Origin: Planctomycetota bacterium
GTDB taxonomy: Bacteria > Planctomycetota > B15-G4
Direction: 5' to 3'
Length of the DNA: 64,000 nucleotides
Assembly (NCBI GenBank): GCA_965248575.1
Contig: CBDFJQ010000002.1
Span: 2,080,001 to 2,144,000 of the forward strand
Shown: positions 40,948-51,600 of the stretch, piece by piece
How the letters are laid out: each line of letters begins with the position of its first letter
Numbering within the stretch: position 1 is the first letter of the stretch
Made by a program: the position numbers and the translations under genes
The notes under the pieces: generated by a model
Seen by the model: the letters and a program-made list of their open reading frames with translations, nothing else
Database searches by the model: none
What the model was told of the DNA's origin: nothing

Positions 40948-42602
40948 GGGTGGCTCCCCGCCGCATCCCGCGCACGGCTGATCTCATCGTCTGTCTGCGG
41001 CAACACCAAGCCGTCCTCCAATTTGAGGCAGCGGTCTGCCATGTCCATGTACCTGTCGTCGTGGGTGATCACCAGCACCGTCTTGCCCTGGGCCTTCAGC
41101 TCTGGGAGAACCTCGCGGTAGAAGGTGTTCTTGAACTGCGGGTCCTGGTCCGCCGCCCACTCATCGAGCACATAGAAGGGCCGGTCTTCGAGGTAGGCGC
41201 TCAGCAGCGCGAGGCGCTTTCGTTGCCCCTGGCTCAGGTCCACGTTGGAGAGCTGCCCCCCGGCCACGCTCAGCTTGTGGTCCAGCTGCAAGCGCCTGAG
41301 GTGCTCGAGCGCTGCTGCATCGACATCCACGCCCTCCCGAGCCTGCAGGCTGCGGAAGAGATGGAAGTCCGTGAACACGATGGAGAACAGCTGGCGGTAG
41401 TCGTCGACATTGGATTCGTCGACGGGCACGCCGTCCATGAGGATCTCGCCACCTTCCAAGGGATAGAGCGAGGTGAGCACCTTGGCCAGAGTGGTCTTCC
41501 CGCTGCCGTTGCCACCGAGCACGAAGACCAGCTCTCCTGGGACGAACTTCAGGTTGACCGGGCCCAGCTTGAAGATGTTCCCGTCAGCGTCCTTCGTGTA
41601 GCTGTACTTGACCCCTCGCAACTCCAAGCTCTTCCAGCTGACAGGAATCGGGGGCACCGGCGCTTCGAGATCCACCGGGTCTTCACCCAGCGACAACCCC
41701 AATTGCTCGATCTTCTGCAAGGAGACCGCGGCCCGACCGAGGTCGGGCGCCTGTTGCATGAGCGTACCCAAGGGCCGGTACAAGAACAGCGCCATCAGGA
41801 CGTAGCCGTCCAGCACCCCCGTCTCGATCCCCATGCGCGGCACCACGAAGATGAGCATGCCGAGCAAGACGAAGAACACCAGCCGCGTCAGATTCTCCGC
41901 CGCAATGAACATCTTGCGACCGCTGGTGTTGGTCACTCGGTAGTGGTCCAGCGCACCGTGCAGGTCATTCTTCAGGAAGGTCTTGCGACGCAAGGCGTTG
42001 AGCTTCAGCTGCTTGATGCCATCGTGCAGGGCCCGGAAATGCTCGAAGATGAGGTCAAAGGCGTTGCGCCCCTCCCGCATGAAGCCCATGGAGCGCAGCG
42101 TGAGGACGCGGTAGATGGCGACACCGATCACGATGAAGACCATCAGCACCAGCATGGCCTTCCAACTCAGGTAGGCCATGTAGGCCGCGCCGGCAAGCAG
42201 CGTGGTGCCGTCCACCACGAGCCGTGGGACATTCGGCAGCACCTTGGACACGGCCGTCACATCGTCCGTGAGCACCGGCAGCAACTTCGCGAGGCCCAGG
42301 GCCTCCAGGCGTTGCAGGGGCGTCGACAGGATCTTCGCGCTCAGCTCCAGCCGCAGGTCCGCCACGGCCTTCATGGCCAGGTTGAGCACCATGAGCTGGC
42401 AGGCCACGCCGCTCACCATGAGCACGGCCAGCACCCCGACGAAGCGCCAGATCCAGATCGCCGAGGTGAACAGCTGGCCTTCCCAGATCTTGTGGGTCAG
42501 GGCGATGATGCCCGCGCTGGCCACACCGCTGATGACACTCACCAGCATGGCCGTCAGCACCGTCCTGCGGTTGGCCCGCAGCAAGAACATGAAGAGCTTC
42601 AC
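40944..42602 (-). CDS. Cyclic-peptide export ABC transporter (PvdE/SyrD/YojI family)
   Basis: TM domain, GGNGSGKTT, LSQGQRKRL, LDEWAADQDP, ITHDD. GTG start overlaps the PKS stop. Confidence 0.93.
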   Translation of the reverse strand: MKLFMFLLRANRRTVLTAMLVSVISGVASAGIIALTHKIWEGQLFTSAIWIWRFVGVLAVLMVSGVACQLMVLNLAMKAVADLRLELSAKILSTPLQRLEALGLAKLLPVLTDDVTAVSKVLPNVPRLVVDGTTLLAGAAYMAYLSWKAMLVLMVFIVIGVAIYRVLTLRSMGFMREGRNAFDLIFEHFRALHDGIKQLKLNALRRKTFLKNDLHGALDHYRVTNTSGRKMFIAAENLTRLVFFVLLGMLIFVVPRMGIETGVLDGYVLMALFLYRPLGTLMQQAPDLGRAAVSLQKIEQLGLSLGEDPVDLEAPVPPIPVSWKSLELRGVKYSYTKDADGNIFKLGPVNLKFVPGELVFVLGGNGSGKTTLAKVLTSLYPLEGGEILMDGVPVDESNVDDYRQLFSIVFTDFHLFRSLQAREGVDVDAAALEHLRRLQLDHKLSVAGGQLSNVDLSQGQRKRLALLSAYLEDRPFYVLDEWAADQDPQFKNTFYREVLPELKAQGKTVLVITHDDRYMDMADRCLKLEDGLVLPQTDDEISRARDAAGSHP

Positions 42603-45600
42603 GCCTTCTTCCCCTTGCCGGGCTTGCCGATCTTCGAGAGCAGCTTGTCGAGATCCTTCTGGCTCACCTTGGCGCCGGGGAAGTCCGAGGGCGTGCGCCC
42701 TCCAGCAGCAGGCGCCTTGCAGTGCTCGATGAGTGCGTGCAGTTCCGTCTCGAAGCGCTTGGCCAGGCTCTCCACCGTGCTGCGCTCGTGGCGGTTCGCC
42801 CCGAAGGACCAATCGACGGTCAGTTGCCCACCTGCGACGTAGCCCACCACCTCGAGCAGATGCCCGCGGGGAAAGTCGGGACTGCAGGGCGCGCCGCTCG
42901 TCGTTCGCATCAGCTGCATGGGCGAGGCCGCATCAAACTGTCCGAGGTAGAGGAAGTTCAGGTCGGGGCTGGGGATGCGCGCCATCTCGGCCGCCGTCGC
43001 TTCGTCCCGGCACAGGTAGCGCAGGGCACCGTAGCCGATGCCGTGGTTGGGGATGGCACGCAACTGTTCCTTGATGGCCTTCAGCTGGGCACCCTCGTCA
43101 CTGCAGCCTTCGAGCGAGAGGCGCGCGGGGAACAAGGTGGTGAACCAGCCCGCAGTGCGGGACACATCCACATCCTTCACGACGTCTTCCCGGCCGTGGC
43201 CCTCCAGGTCCATGAGCAGGACCTCGCTTCCCGTCCAGGGCGCCAAGGCACGCAGCATGGCCGTGCACAGCACCTCTTCGATGCGCGTTTCGTAGACCGG
43301 AGGCACGTCCTGAAGCAGGGCCCGGGTGCTGTCGGCACTCAAGCACACGGACACCGTGCGCGCCGTGGAGTGGGTGTCGGCACCGGTCAGTTTGTCCTTG
43401 GGCAGACTCTCACCCGCCGCCGGCACGCTCCCGGGCTTCTGCACCAGCGAGCGCCAGTGGGGCAACTGCAGCGCGGCTTGACGGCCCTGGGCCCAATCGT
43501 CGAGGCCCTCAGCCCAGCGCTTCAAGGAGTCCGACTTGGCGGGCAGCTCCGGGGCCTTGCCCTGCGCCCTGGCTGAGAGCGCCGAACGGAAATCGTCCTG
43601 CAGGAAGCGCCACGAGACGGCATCCACCAACAGGTGATGCACCACCCACAGCAGCTGCGCTGGCTCATCTGCCGAGCGTCGGAAGAAACCTGCACGGACC
43701 AGGGGCGCTTCACTCAGGTGCAGACTCCCTTGAAGCTCCGTCGCGCGGGTGATCATCTCCGCATCGCGTGCCTCGAGAGGCACGCCGGAGAGGTCGTAGG
43801 TCACCAACTCCACGGGCTCCATGGCCGCGTAAACCTGGCGCGGCGCGCCAGCGGCATCCTGCCCCGGCTCGTAGCGCAGCCGCAGGCCATCGTGGTGACT
43901 CACCACATCATCGAGGGCAGCGCGCACCTGCTCGGGCGTCGCCCCCTCCGGCAGATCGAAGAGCGACGGCAGGTTGAAGTGCTGGGGGTCCGGAACATCC
44001 TGCTCGAAGAACCAGCGCTGGATGGGCAGCAGCGGCACCTCACCCGCGGCGACGCCTTGGTCGGCCGCGTGGGCATCTCGCGCTTCGGCGACGGACGCGA
44101 GCCCCGCGATGGTGGGCTGCTCGAAGATCTGTGCCGGCGTGATGCGGAACCCGGCGCGCGCCACCAGGGCCACGATCTGCAGACCGAGCACCGAGTCCCC
44201 TCCCAACTCGAAGAAGCTGTCGTGCACACCGATGCGACCGATGCCCAGCACCTGCCCCCAGGCCGACACCAGGGCGTGCTCGGCGGGCGTGGTGGGTTCG
44301 ACGTAGTCGCTTTCCAGCTCCGGTCGATCGTGCAGCCCGCTCGCCTCGGGCTCGGACCGCTCCTGTCGGCCACCCGCCCACTGGTCCAGGCGCCGCTGCA
44401 GACTGCCCGTGCTGACGATGACCTGGGAACCCGCCGGGAGGCTTAACACGCGGCGGAAGGCTTCGGCCCCTTCCTCGGGGCTCATGTAGTAGGCGTCGTC
44501 CTTGCCTTCCTGTTCATGCAAGAACTCAGGCTCCCGCCAGCTGAGCCAGTTGTCCCAGTTGACGGATGTCCACGGCAGGCTCGCGCGGCTGTTGTGGCGT
44601 GCAACGAAGGCGTCCACCAGGTGGTGCGCCGCGACATAACCCACCATGCCCAGCGCGCCGAGACACGAAGCCAAGGACGATTGCACGATGCAGAAGTCCG
44701 GGGAGCGGGATTCGAGCAGCGCCTCCAACACCGCGAGGCCGTCGCGCTTGGGCGCCAGGTGGCTTTCGATGTCAGCCCGCGTGGTCTGCTGCAGGATGAC
44801 CATGGTCTTGTCACCGCCCGCCGCGTGCACCACGCCGTCCAAGGCACCGAACGCGCTCTCCGAATCCAACAGGGCCTGGTTCATGGCCTCCGCATCGGTG
44901 ACGTCGGCGCGCACGATGCGCAGCTCTGCACCCAGCGCTTCCAACTCGCGCAAGCGCGTGATGCGGCGCAGCGTGTCCAGCGGGGTCTGCTTGTCCGCTC
45001 GCAGTGCGTCCCAGATCGACGCCGCCGGAAACTCGCTGCGGGTCGTGAGCAGCAAGCGCGGCTTGCAAGCCTGCGCCAGCAGAGTGGCCACCTCGAGACC
45101 GATGGAGCCCAGGCCGCCTGTCACCAGATAGTGTCCGCCCTGCTTGAGGACCGGCGGCACGGGAGCCTCTGCGGGGAGGCCTTCGACCCTCAGTGGTTCA
45201 TCAGCGCGCACCCAGCGGTGCGGCCCACGGTGGGCCACGAAGTCGGGTGCCTCCTCAGCCTGGACCTCACGCAGCAAGCGCTCCACGACACGCGAGCCGG
45301 CCGCTCCCTGCTCCAGATCCACGTGCCGGGCGCGCAAGGATTGGCATTCCTGCGTCACGGATTGGCAGACACCCAGCACCGTGGCCTTCTCAGGCACCAG
45401 GGACTCCGTCCCGATCACCGAGCACACGCCGCGCGAGACGCTGACGCTGTTCAACGCTTGGGTGTGGTCGCTGTCGTCAATGGCCTGGGCCAGAGCGAGC
45501 AGCGAGAGCATGCCGCGCTCCAGGGCCGTCTCCCCCTCTGCGGCTTCGCAGCCCCAGAGGTGCACGAGCATGTCGGGCGCTGCTGGATCGTCGCCTTCGG

Positions 45601-48600
45601 TCAACGCCGCCCAGAGCTGGCCGTACTGCTCCCGAACATCAGGGGTCAGCCGGTAGGCCCGCGGCCCCTCGGCCACGAAGGCATTCCCGGGCCGCACCAC
45701 CGTCACCGTGCATCCCGCGGCCTCCATGGCTGAGACCAGGCCGGGCCCTACAGGGTCGCTGTCCAGGAAGACCAAGGCGTGCAGAGGCCCCGACGTCTGC
45801 GAACTCAACGGCAATTGCGAGCGCTTCCATCCGTGGCCGTAGAACCAATCGGCGGGGTCCGGGCGCTTGCCAGCCGGCTGCACGAGCCTAGCCGCGGCCT
45901 GATCCTGCGGCTCGATCCAGTAGCGCTGCCGTTCAAAGGGGTAGGTCGGCAAGGGTACGCGATTGCGATGGACATCCCCATGCAGCGCCGCCCAGTCCAA
46001 CGGGACCCGAGCGAGCCACAGCTGCCCCGCCGCATCGAGCAGGCACTCGAGGTCAGAGCGCGCGTCCTTGGGGTGACGCATGCTGTGGGCGAAGATCGGC
46101 AGCGCGTTGGGCTCCGAAGCCACGGCCCGGGCCGACCTCAGGCCCAGGGTGCTCAGGGTGTTGCCCGGCCCCACTTCCAGGAACACCCGCTCAGGGCCCT
46201 CCAGCAGCGTGGCCATGCCGTCGGCGAAACGCACGGCGTGGCGCAGGTGACGCGACCAGTAACCAGGGTCCGTGGCCTGGTCGGCGGCGATCCAGTCCCC
46301 GGTTAAAGTGGAGACGAAGGGCAGGCTGGGTGCCTTGGGTGCAGCGTCCCGGACCTGACTCGCGAACTGCTCCAGGATCGGGTCCATCATCGCGCTGTGG
46401 AAGGCATGCGAGGTGCGCAGGGGGCGTCCTTCGATGCCCCGCATCGACAGGGAAGCCTGGAACGCCTCCACTGCCGGTGTGGGGCCCGACACGACACTGG
46501 CCTGCGCCTCGTTGGCAGCGGCCAGGCTCAGCTCGGAAGCAGCGTGTGACGTCAACAGTTCCTCGACGTCCGCAGCTGGCAGGGGCACTGCCAACATGGA
46601 ACCGCTGGGCAGTGCCTGCATCAAGGCACCACGCGCAGCCACCAGGCCACAGGCATCGGGCAGGCTGAACACCCCGGCGAGAGTGGCGGCAGCGTATTCA
46701 CCAATGCTGTGGCCCATCATCGCGGCCGGCTGCACGCCCCAGGACATCCACAGTTGAGCGCACGCGTACTGGACCGCGAACAGCGCCGGTTGGGTGAAGG
46801 CGGTCTGCTGCAGGCTGGCCGCAGCCTCCTGCTCGTGTTCCGCTCCAGGAAAGAGCAGCTCGGACAGGTCGCGCCCGAGGTGAGGCTGAAGGTGTTGCGC
46901 ACACTCATCCAGGGCCGAACGGAAGACCACTTCCGAGTCGTAGAGCTCGCGACCCATCTGCACGTACTGCGAACCCTGCCCAGGGAACAGGAAGGTCACC
47001 GACGCCCCCCCACTCGCGACTCCCTCATCGCTGAAGCGCGTCCGGACCCGCTGACGATCCGCAGTCTCCAGAGCCGAGGCCGCCGAAGGGGCGTCCAGCG
47101 CGGCGAGCGTCCGGCGATGGGCGAATTCCTTCCGACCCACCTGCAAGGTGTAGGCCACGTCAGCCAAGGCTTGCTCAGGATGCGCCCGCAGGTGCTGCGC
47201 GAGATTGCTGCTGGCCTGGGCCAGGCCCGTCTTCGTGCGCGCGGACAGCACCAACAACTGCGCGGCCCGACATGCGCCGCTGGGAGTCGCCTCGGGCGGC
47301 TGTTGCACGATGACATGGGCGTTGGTGCCACCGATGCCAAAGGAGCTGACGCCTGCCCGCCGCGGGCCATCGGCCGTCCATGGAGACAGGCGCGTGTTCA
47401 CGCGGAAGGGCGTGCTCGGAAAATCAATCTTGGGATCGGGCGTCTCGCAGTTGAGGCTCGCGGGGATCTGGCCGTGCTTGGCCGCGAGGGTCGCCTTGAT
47501 CAAGCCCGTGACGCCGGCAGCGGAATCGAGGTGCCCGATGTTCGTCTTGACGGACCCGATGGCGCAGTAGCCGGTGCGCTCCGTCTGCGCACGATAGGCC
47601 GCCGTCAACGCAGCGATCTCGATCGGGTCGCCGAGCGAAGTGCCTGTGCCGTGTGCTTCCACGTAGCCCATGCTGTCGGCCGAGACATCCGCCATGGCCA
47701 GGGCGTTCTGGATCACCTGGGTCTGCCCGGTCACGCTCGGGGCCGCATAGCCCACCTTCTCGGCGCCATCGTTGTTGATGGCCGAACCGAGCAAGACCCC
47801 CAGCACGTGGTCGCCGTCTTCGAGAGCATCCGAGAGTCGCCGCAAGGCAACCACGGCGACACCATGCCCTCCCACGGTGCCACGGGCCTGGTCGCTGAAA
47901 GCTCGGCAGTGTCCATCCGGGGAGTAGATGCCCTGCTCCTGGTAGACGTAGCCGCGCCCGTGGGGCACGGCGACCGAGACGCCACCCGCCAGCGCCAGAT
48001 CGCATTCGCCCGACAACAGCGCCTGGCTCGCCAGGTGCACCGCCACGAGCGATGACGAGCAACTCGTCTGCACGTCGAAGCTCGGCCCCGTCAGGTTCAG
48101 CTTGTAGCTGACGCGCGTGGTGAGGTAGTCGTTCTGGTTGCCGAACAGCGTCGGCAACGCACCCACGTCGATGGTCCCGCTGCGCAGCAGGTTGCGCATG
48201 ATGTAGGTGCTGCTGCTGGCGCCGCCGTAGACACCCACAGGGCCCGGACAGCGGCTGGGGTCGTAACCCGCAACCTCCAACGCATTCCACGCCATCTCGA
48301 GGAACAGGCGCTGCTGCGGATCCATGATGTCCGCCTCACGCGGCGTCACGCCGAAGAACGCGGCGTCGAACAGGTCGATGCCCTCCAGCCGCGTGGCCGC
48401 CCGCACATAGGCGGGGTCCTTGAGCTTCTCGGGGTCTTCACCAGCGGCGAGCAGTTCTTCGTCTGTCAGGCGATCGACGCTCTCGACCCCCGCACACAGG
48501 TTGCGCCAGAAGGCGTCCACATCTGCCGCACCAGGAAAGCGCCCGGCGGCCCCTACGATGGCGATCTCGAAGCCGGTCCATTCGGGGCTGGCTGCTGTCT

Positions 48601-48613
48601 GTTCGTCCGTCAT
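42599..48613 (-). CDS. Hybrid type I PKS module KS-AT-KR-ACP fused to an NRPS epimerization domain
   Basis: KS: VQTSCSSS, HGTGT, NIGHL. AT: GHSIG and HAFHS (malonyl). KR: GGLGSIG. Carrier: GGDS. E domain: HHLLVDAVSW, EGHGRE, GWFT, GIGYG. C-terminal TPSDFP. Confidence 0.93.
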   Translation of the reverse strand: MTDEQTAASPEWTGFEIAIVGAAGRFPGAADVDAFWRNLCAGVESVDRLTDEELLAAGEDPEKLKDPAYVRAATRLEGIDLFDAAFFGVTPREADIMDPQQRLFLEMAWNALEVAGYDPSRCPGPVGVYGGASSSTYIMRNLLRSGTIDVGALPTLFGNQNDYLTTRVSYKLNLTGPSFDVQTSCSSSLVAVHLASQALLSGECDLALAGGVSVAVPHGRGYVYQEQGIYSPDGHCRAFSDQARGTVGGHGVAVVALRRLSDALEDGDHVLGVLLGSAINNDGAEKVGYAAPSVTGQTQVIQNALAMADVSADSMGYVEAHGTGTSLGDPIEIAALTAAYRAQTERTGYCAIGSVKTNIGHLDSAAGVTGLIKATLAAKHGQIPASLNCETPDPKIDFPSTPFRVNTRLSPWTADGPRRAGVSSFGIGGTNAHVIVQQPPEATPSGACRAAQLLVLSARTKTGLAQASSNLAQHLRAHPEQALADVAYTLQVGRKEFAHRRTLAALDAPSAASALETADRQRVRTRFSDEGVASGGASVTFLFPGQGSQYVQMGRELYDSEVVFRSALDECAQHLQPHLGRDLSELLFPGAEHEQEAAASLQQTAFTQPALFAVQYACAQLWMSWGVQPAAMMGHSIGEYAAATLAGVFSLPDACGLVAARGALMQALPSGSMLAVPLPAADVEELLTSHAASELSLAAANEAQASVVSGPTPAVEAFQASLSMRGIEGRPLRTSHAFHSAMMDPILEQFASQVRDAAPKAPSLPFVSTLTGDWIAADQATDPGYWSRHLRHAVRFADGMATLLEGPERVFLEVGPGNTLSTLGLRSARAVASEPNALPIFAHSMRHPKDARSDLECLLDAAGQLWLARVPLDWAALHGDVHRNRVPLPTYPFERQRYWIEPQDQAAARLVQPAGKRPDPADWFYGHGWKRSQLPLSSQTSGPLHALVFLDSDPVGPGLVSAMEAAGCTVTVVRPGNAFVAEGPRAYRLTPDVREQYGQLWAALTEGDDPAAPDMLVHLWGCEAAEGETALERGMLSLLALAQAIDDSDHTQALNSVSVSRGVCSVIGTESLVPEKATVLGVCQSVTQECQSLRARHVDLEQGAAGSRVVERLLREVQAEEAPDFVAHRGPHRWVRADEPLRVEGLPAEAPVPPVLKQGGHYLVTGGLGSIGLEVATLLAQACKPRLLLTTRSEFPAASIWDALRADKQTPLDTLRRITRLRELEALGAELRIVRADVTDAEAMNQALLDSESAFGALDGVVHAAGGDKTMVILQQTTRADIESHLAPKRDGLAVLEALLESRSPDFCIVQSSLASCLGALGMVGYVAAHHLVDAFVARHNSRASLPWTSVNWDNWLSWREPEFLHEQEGKDDAYYMSPEEGAEAFRRVLSLPAGSQVIVSTGSLQRRLDQWAGGRQERSEPEASGLHDRPELESDYVEPTTPAEHALVSAWGQVLGIGRIGVHDSFFELGGDSVLGLQIVALVARAGFRITPAQIFEQPTIAGLASVAEARDAHAADQGVAAGEVPLLPIQRWFFEQDVPDPQHFNLPSLFDLPEGATPEQVRAALDDVVSHHDGLRLRYEPGQDAAGAPRQVYAAMEPVELVTYDLSGVPLEARDAEMITRATELQGSLHLSEAPLVRAGFFRRSADEPAQLLWVVHHLLVDAVSWRFLQDDFRSALSARAQGKAPELPAKSDSLKRWAEGLDDWAQGRQAALQLPHWRSLVQKPGSVPAAGESLPKDKLTGADTHSTARTVSVCLSADSTRALLQDVPPVYETRIEEVLCTAMLRALAPWTGSEVLLMDLEGHGREDVVKDVDVSRTAGWFTTLFPARLSLEGCSDEGAQLKAIKEQLRAIPNHGIGYGALRYLCRDEATAAEMARIPSPDLNFLYLGQFDAASPMQLMRTTSGAPCSPDFPRGHLLEVVGYVAGGQLTVDWSFGANRHERSTVESLAKRFETELHALIEHCKAPAAGGRTPSDFPGAKVSQKDLDKLLSKIGKPGKGKKA

Positions 48614-51600
48614 GAGCCGCCCTCCCCCCCCGACGGCGTGTCGGGCTGGGCGTCAGACCCAGGAGTCGACTGGGACTTCTGGATCGCATCGGTGATGGAC
48701 GAGAGATCGGCATCACCCCAGGCGAAGTCGGAGAAATCGGACGTCGTGAATCCGCCAGCCTCGGGGGACAAGCAGTGTTCAATGAGGGCACGCAAGGTGG
48801 ACAGGAAGCTGTCGGCCAAGGCCTGCACCGTCGACCGCTCATGAACGTTGCGACTGAACTCGAAGTCCAGCTCCAGCCGCCCCCCGCTGACCATGCCGTA
48901 CACCTCCAGCTGGAAGACCCGTGGGCCGTCCGGGTGCGCGAAGGCACCGCTGGAGGCCTCGCAGTAGCGGAAGCGGTCCTCGTCGCGGAAGAGCTGGTCG
49001 AACTGGCCGAGGTAGTTGAAGCCCAGGACGGGAGAGAGCGCCGGGGGCGGTGAGCCCGCTGCCGGTACCGGTGCCTGAGAGAGGTGCCGCGCCACGCCGT
49101 AGCCGAAGCCGTTGTTGGGCACGGCCCGCAGCTGCTCCTTCATGGAACGGATGGCAGCGCCCGCCTCGAAGGGAACAGTGTCCGCCAGCAGCACAGGGTA
49201 ATCCGTCGTGAACCAGCCCACCGTGCGCGAGAGGTCGGCACCGTCCAGCACGTCTTCGCGACCGTGGCCTTCCAGGTTGAGCAAGACGTTCGACGCTCCC
49301 GTCCACTCAGCGCAGGCGTGCACGTAGGCCGTCAGCAGGATGTCGTTGATCTGAGTGTTGTAGGTGCTCGGCACCTCGCTCAACAGCGCGCGTGTCTGCT
49401 CTGCATCGAGGGCGACGCGCACCTTCTCCACGGACGATTCGATGTTCTCTCCGTCCGCATGATCCACGGGTGGTGCGGAGGCCGGCGCGCGGCCCGCCTG
49501 CCGGGACCAGAACTCCGTCTCGCTCGAGAGCGCATCGGACTGCGCGTAGCTGAGCAAGCCTTCGGACCAGGCCTTGAACGACGTCGTCTTGCGCGGCAGT
49601 TGCACGGGTTCGCTCCGCTCCAGCTGAGCCAAGGCGGAGTCCAGGTCTTCCAACAGGATGCGCCAGGACACACCGTCCACAGCCAGGTGGTGGATGAACC
49701 ACAGTAGGCGTTTGCGGCCTTGGCCGATGTCGAACAGCACGGCGCGCATGAGCGGCCCCTGCTGAAGGTCCATGGCGCCATGGTGCACATCCGCGCGCCG
49801 CTCCAACTCCTCCTGCCGTTGGGCTTCGGGGAGCGACGAGAGATCCTCCTGGTACACGAGCGAACCTGCGCCCGCAGCCCCAGCCCCCCCCGTATCCAGC
49901 GCCGCGATCTCCTGGGACCACTCCCCCCCCTGCTGCTGGAAGCGCAGGCGCAAGGCATCGTGGTGCTCACACAACGCTCCCAAGGCCTGCTCGAGATGGG
50001 CGGCGTCCAGAGGACGCACCACATCCAGCAGCATGGGCATGTTCCAGTGCGCTGGCTGTGGCAGACCCAGCTCGAAGAACCAGCGCTGCACGGGTGTGAG
50101 CGGCACCGCGCCCGTCACGGGCCCCTGGTCGGCCACGGACGCCACAGCGACGCCGGTCACCTCGGCGACAGCCACCAGGGCGCGGATGGTCTGGTGTTCG
50201 AACACCTGGCGCGCCGAGAGCTTGAGGCCTAACGCCTTGGCCCGGCTCACCACCTGGATGCTCAGGATGGAATCGCCACCCAGCTCGAAGAAGTTGTCGT
50301 CGACACCGATGCGCTCCAACCCGAGCACATCGGACCAGATGCCTGCCAGAGCGACCTCCGCCGCCGAGCAAGGCGCTGCGAACTCGCTCTCCAGCTCAGG
50401 TCGTTCGCTGCCGGGCTCGGGCAGCGCCTTGCGGTCGGTCTTGCCGTTGGGCGTGCGCGGGAAGTCGTCCATGAAGACGAAGACGGCCGGCGTCATGAAC
50501 TCCGGCAGGGTCTCCTGCACGTGTGCGCGCAGCTCGTTGACGCTGGGTGCAGGCTGCACTCCGACACCTTCAGGCACGACATAGCCGATCAGTCGCTTCT
50601 CGGCCGAAAGATCGGTCAACGCGAGCACCGCAGCTTCCTTCACGCCCGGGTGCGAGAGCAAGACCGCTTCGATCTCCTCCAGCTCGATGCGGTAGCCGCG
50701 GATCTTCACCTGGTTGTCCAAGCGCCCCAGGAACTCCACATCGCCATTCTCGAGATGCCGCGCCAGGTCGCCAGACTTGTAGAGCCGCGTGCCCTCTGCT
50801 CCGAAGGGGTTCGGCACGAAGCGCTCGGCCGTCAACTGCTCGCGGTTCAGGTACCCCACGGCCAAGGCGATGCCGCCGAAGTGAACCTCACCCGGCACAC
50901 CCGTGGGGCAGGGCGTGAGGCGCTCGTCCAACACATACATCTGGGCGTTCTCGATGGGGCCACCCACCGGCGCGATGGAGAGCGTCTGCGAGAGGCAATC
51001 GTAGACCGAGCTGAACACCGTGGTCTCGGTGGCTCCATACTCGCTGAAGAGCCCGACGCCAGGCAGCGCCGCCTTGTGCACCTCCACCATGTTGAGGGGG
51101 CACGCCTCGCCCGCCACGATCACGGTGTGCATGCCGGCCAGCGGGTGCTGGCCCCCGGCGGCCGCTGCCTGCTCCGCCGCCTGGTCCAGGATCAAGCGGT
51201 AGAAGGACGGCAGCGTGAGCAGGTGCGAGATGTCGTACTGGGCGATGCTGCGCGGAATCTGGGCGATGTCCTTCTGCTGCCCCTCGGGAATGAGGAACAG
51301 GGTGCCGCCGCCACACAGCGCCCAGAAGATGCCCACCACGGAGCTGTCGAAAGCCACGGACGACAAGAGCAGGAAGTTGCTGGGGGTGTGCCCGAAAGCA
51401 TTCACCCGGGCGGTGTTGCTGATCACCAGCTTCTCGTGCGTGATCACCACGCCCTTGGGCTTGCCCGTCGAGCCCGAGGTGTAGATGACGTACACGAGGT
51501 TCGACGGAGACACGCTCGAACGCGGCGCCGTGCGCGGGTGCTCATCGATGGCGGACCGATCGCTGTCCATGCAGACCACCTCGGCGTCCGCCGTCGGCAG

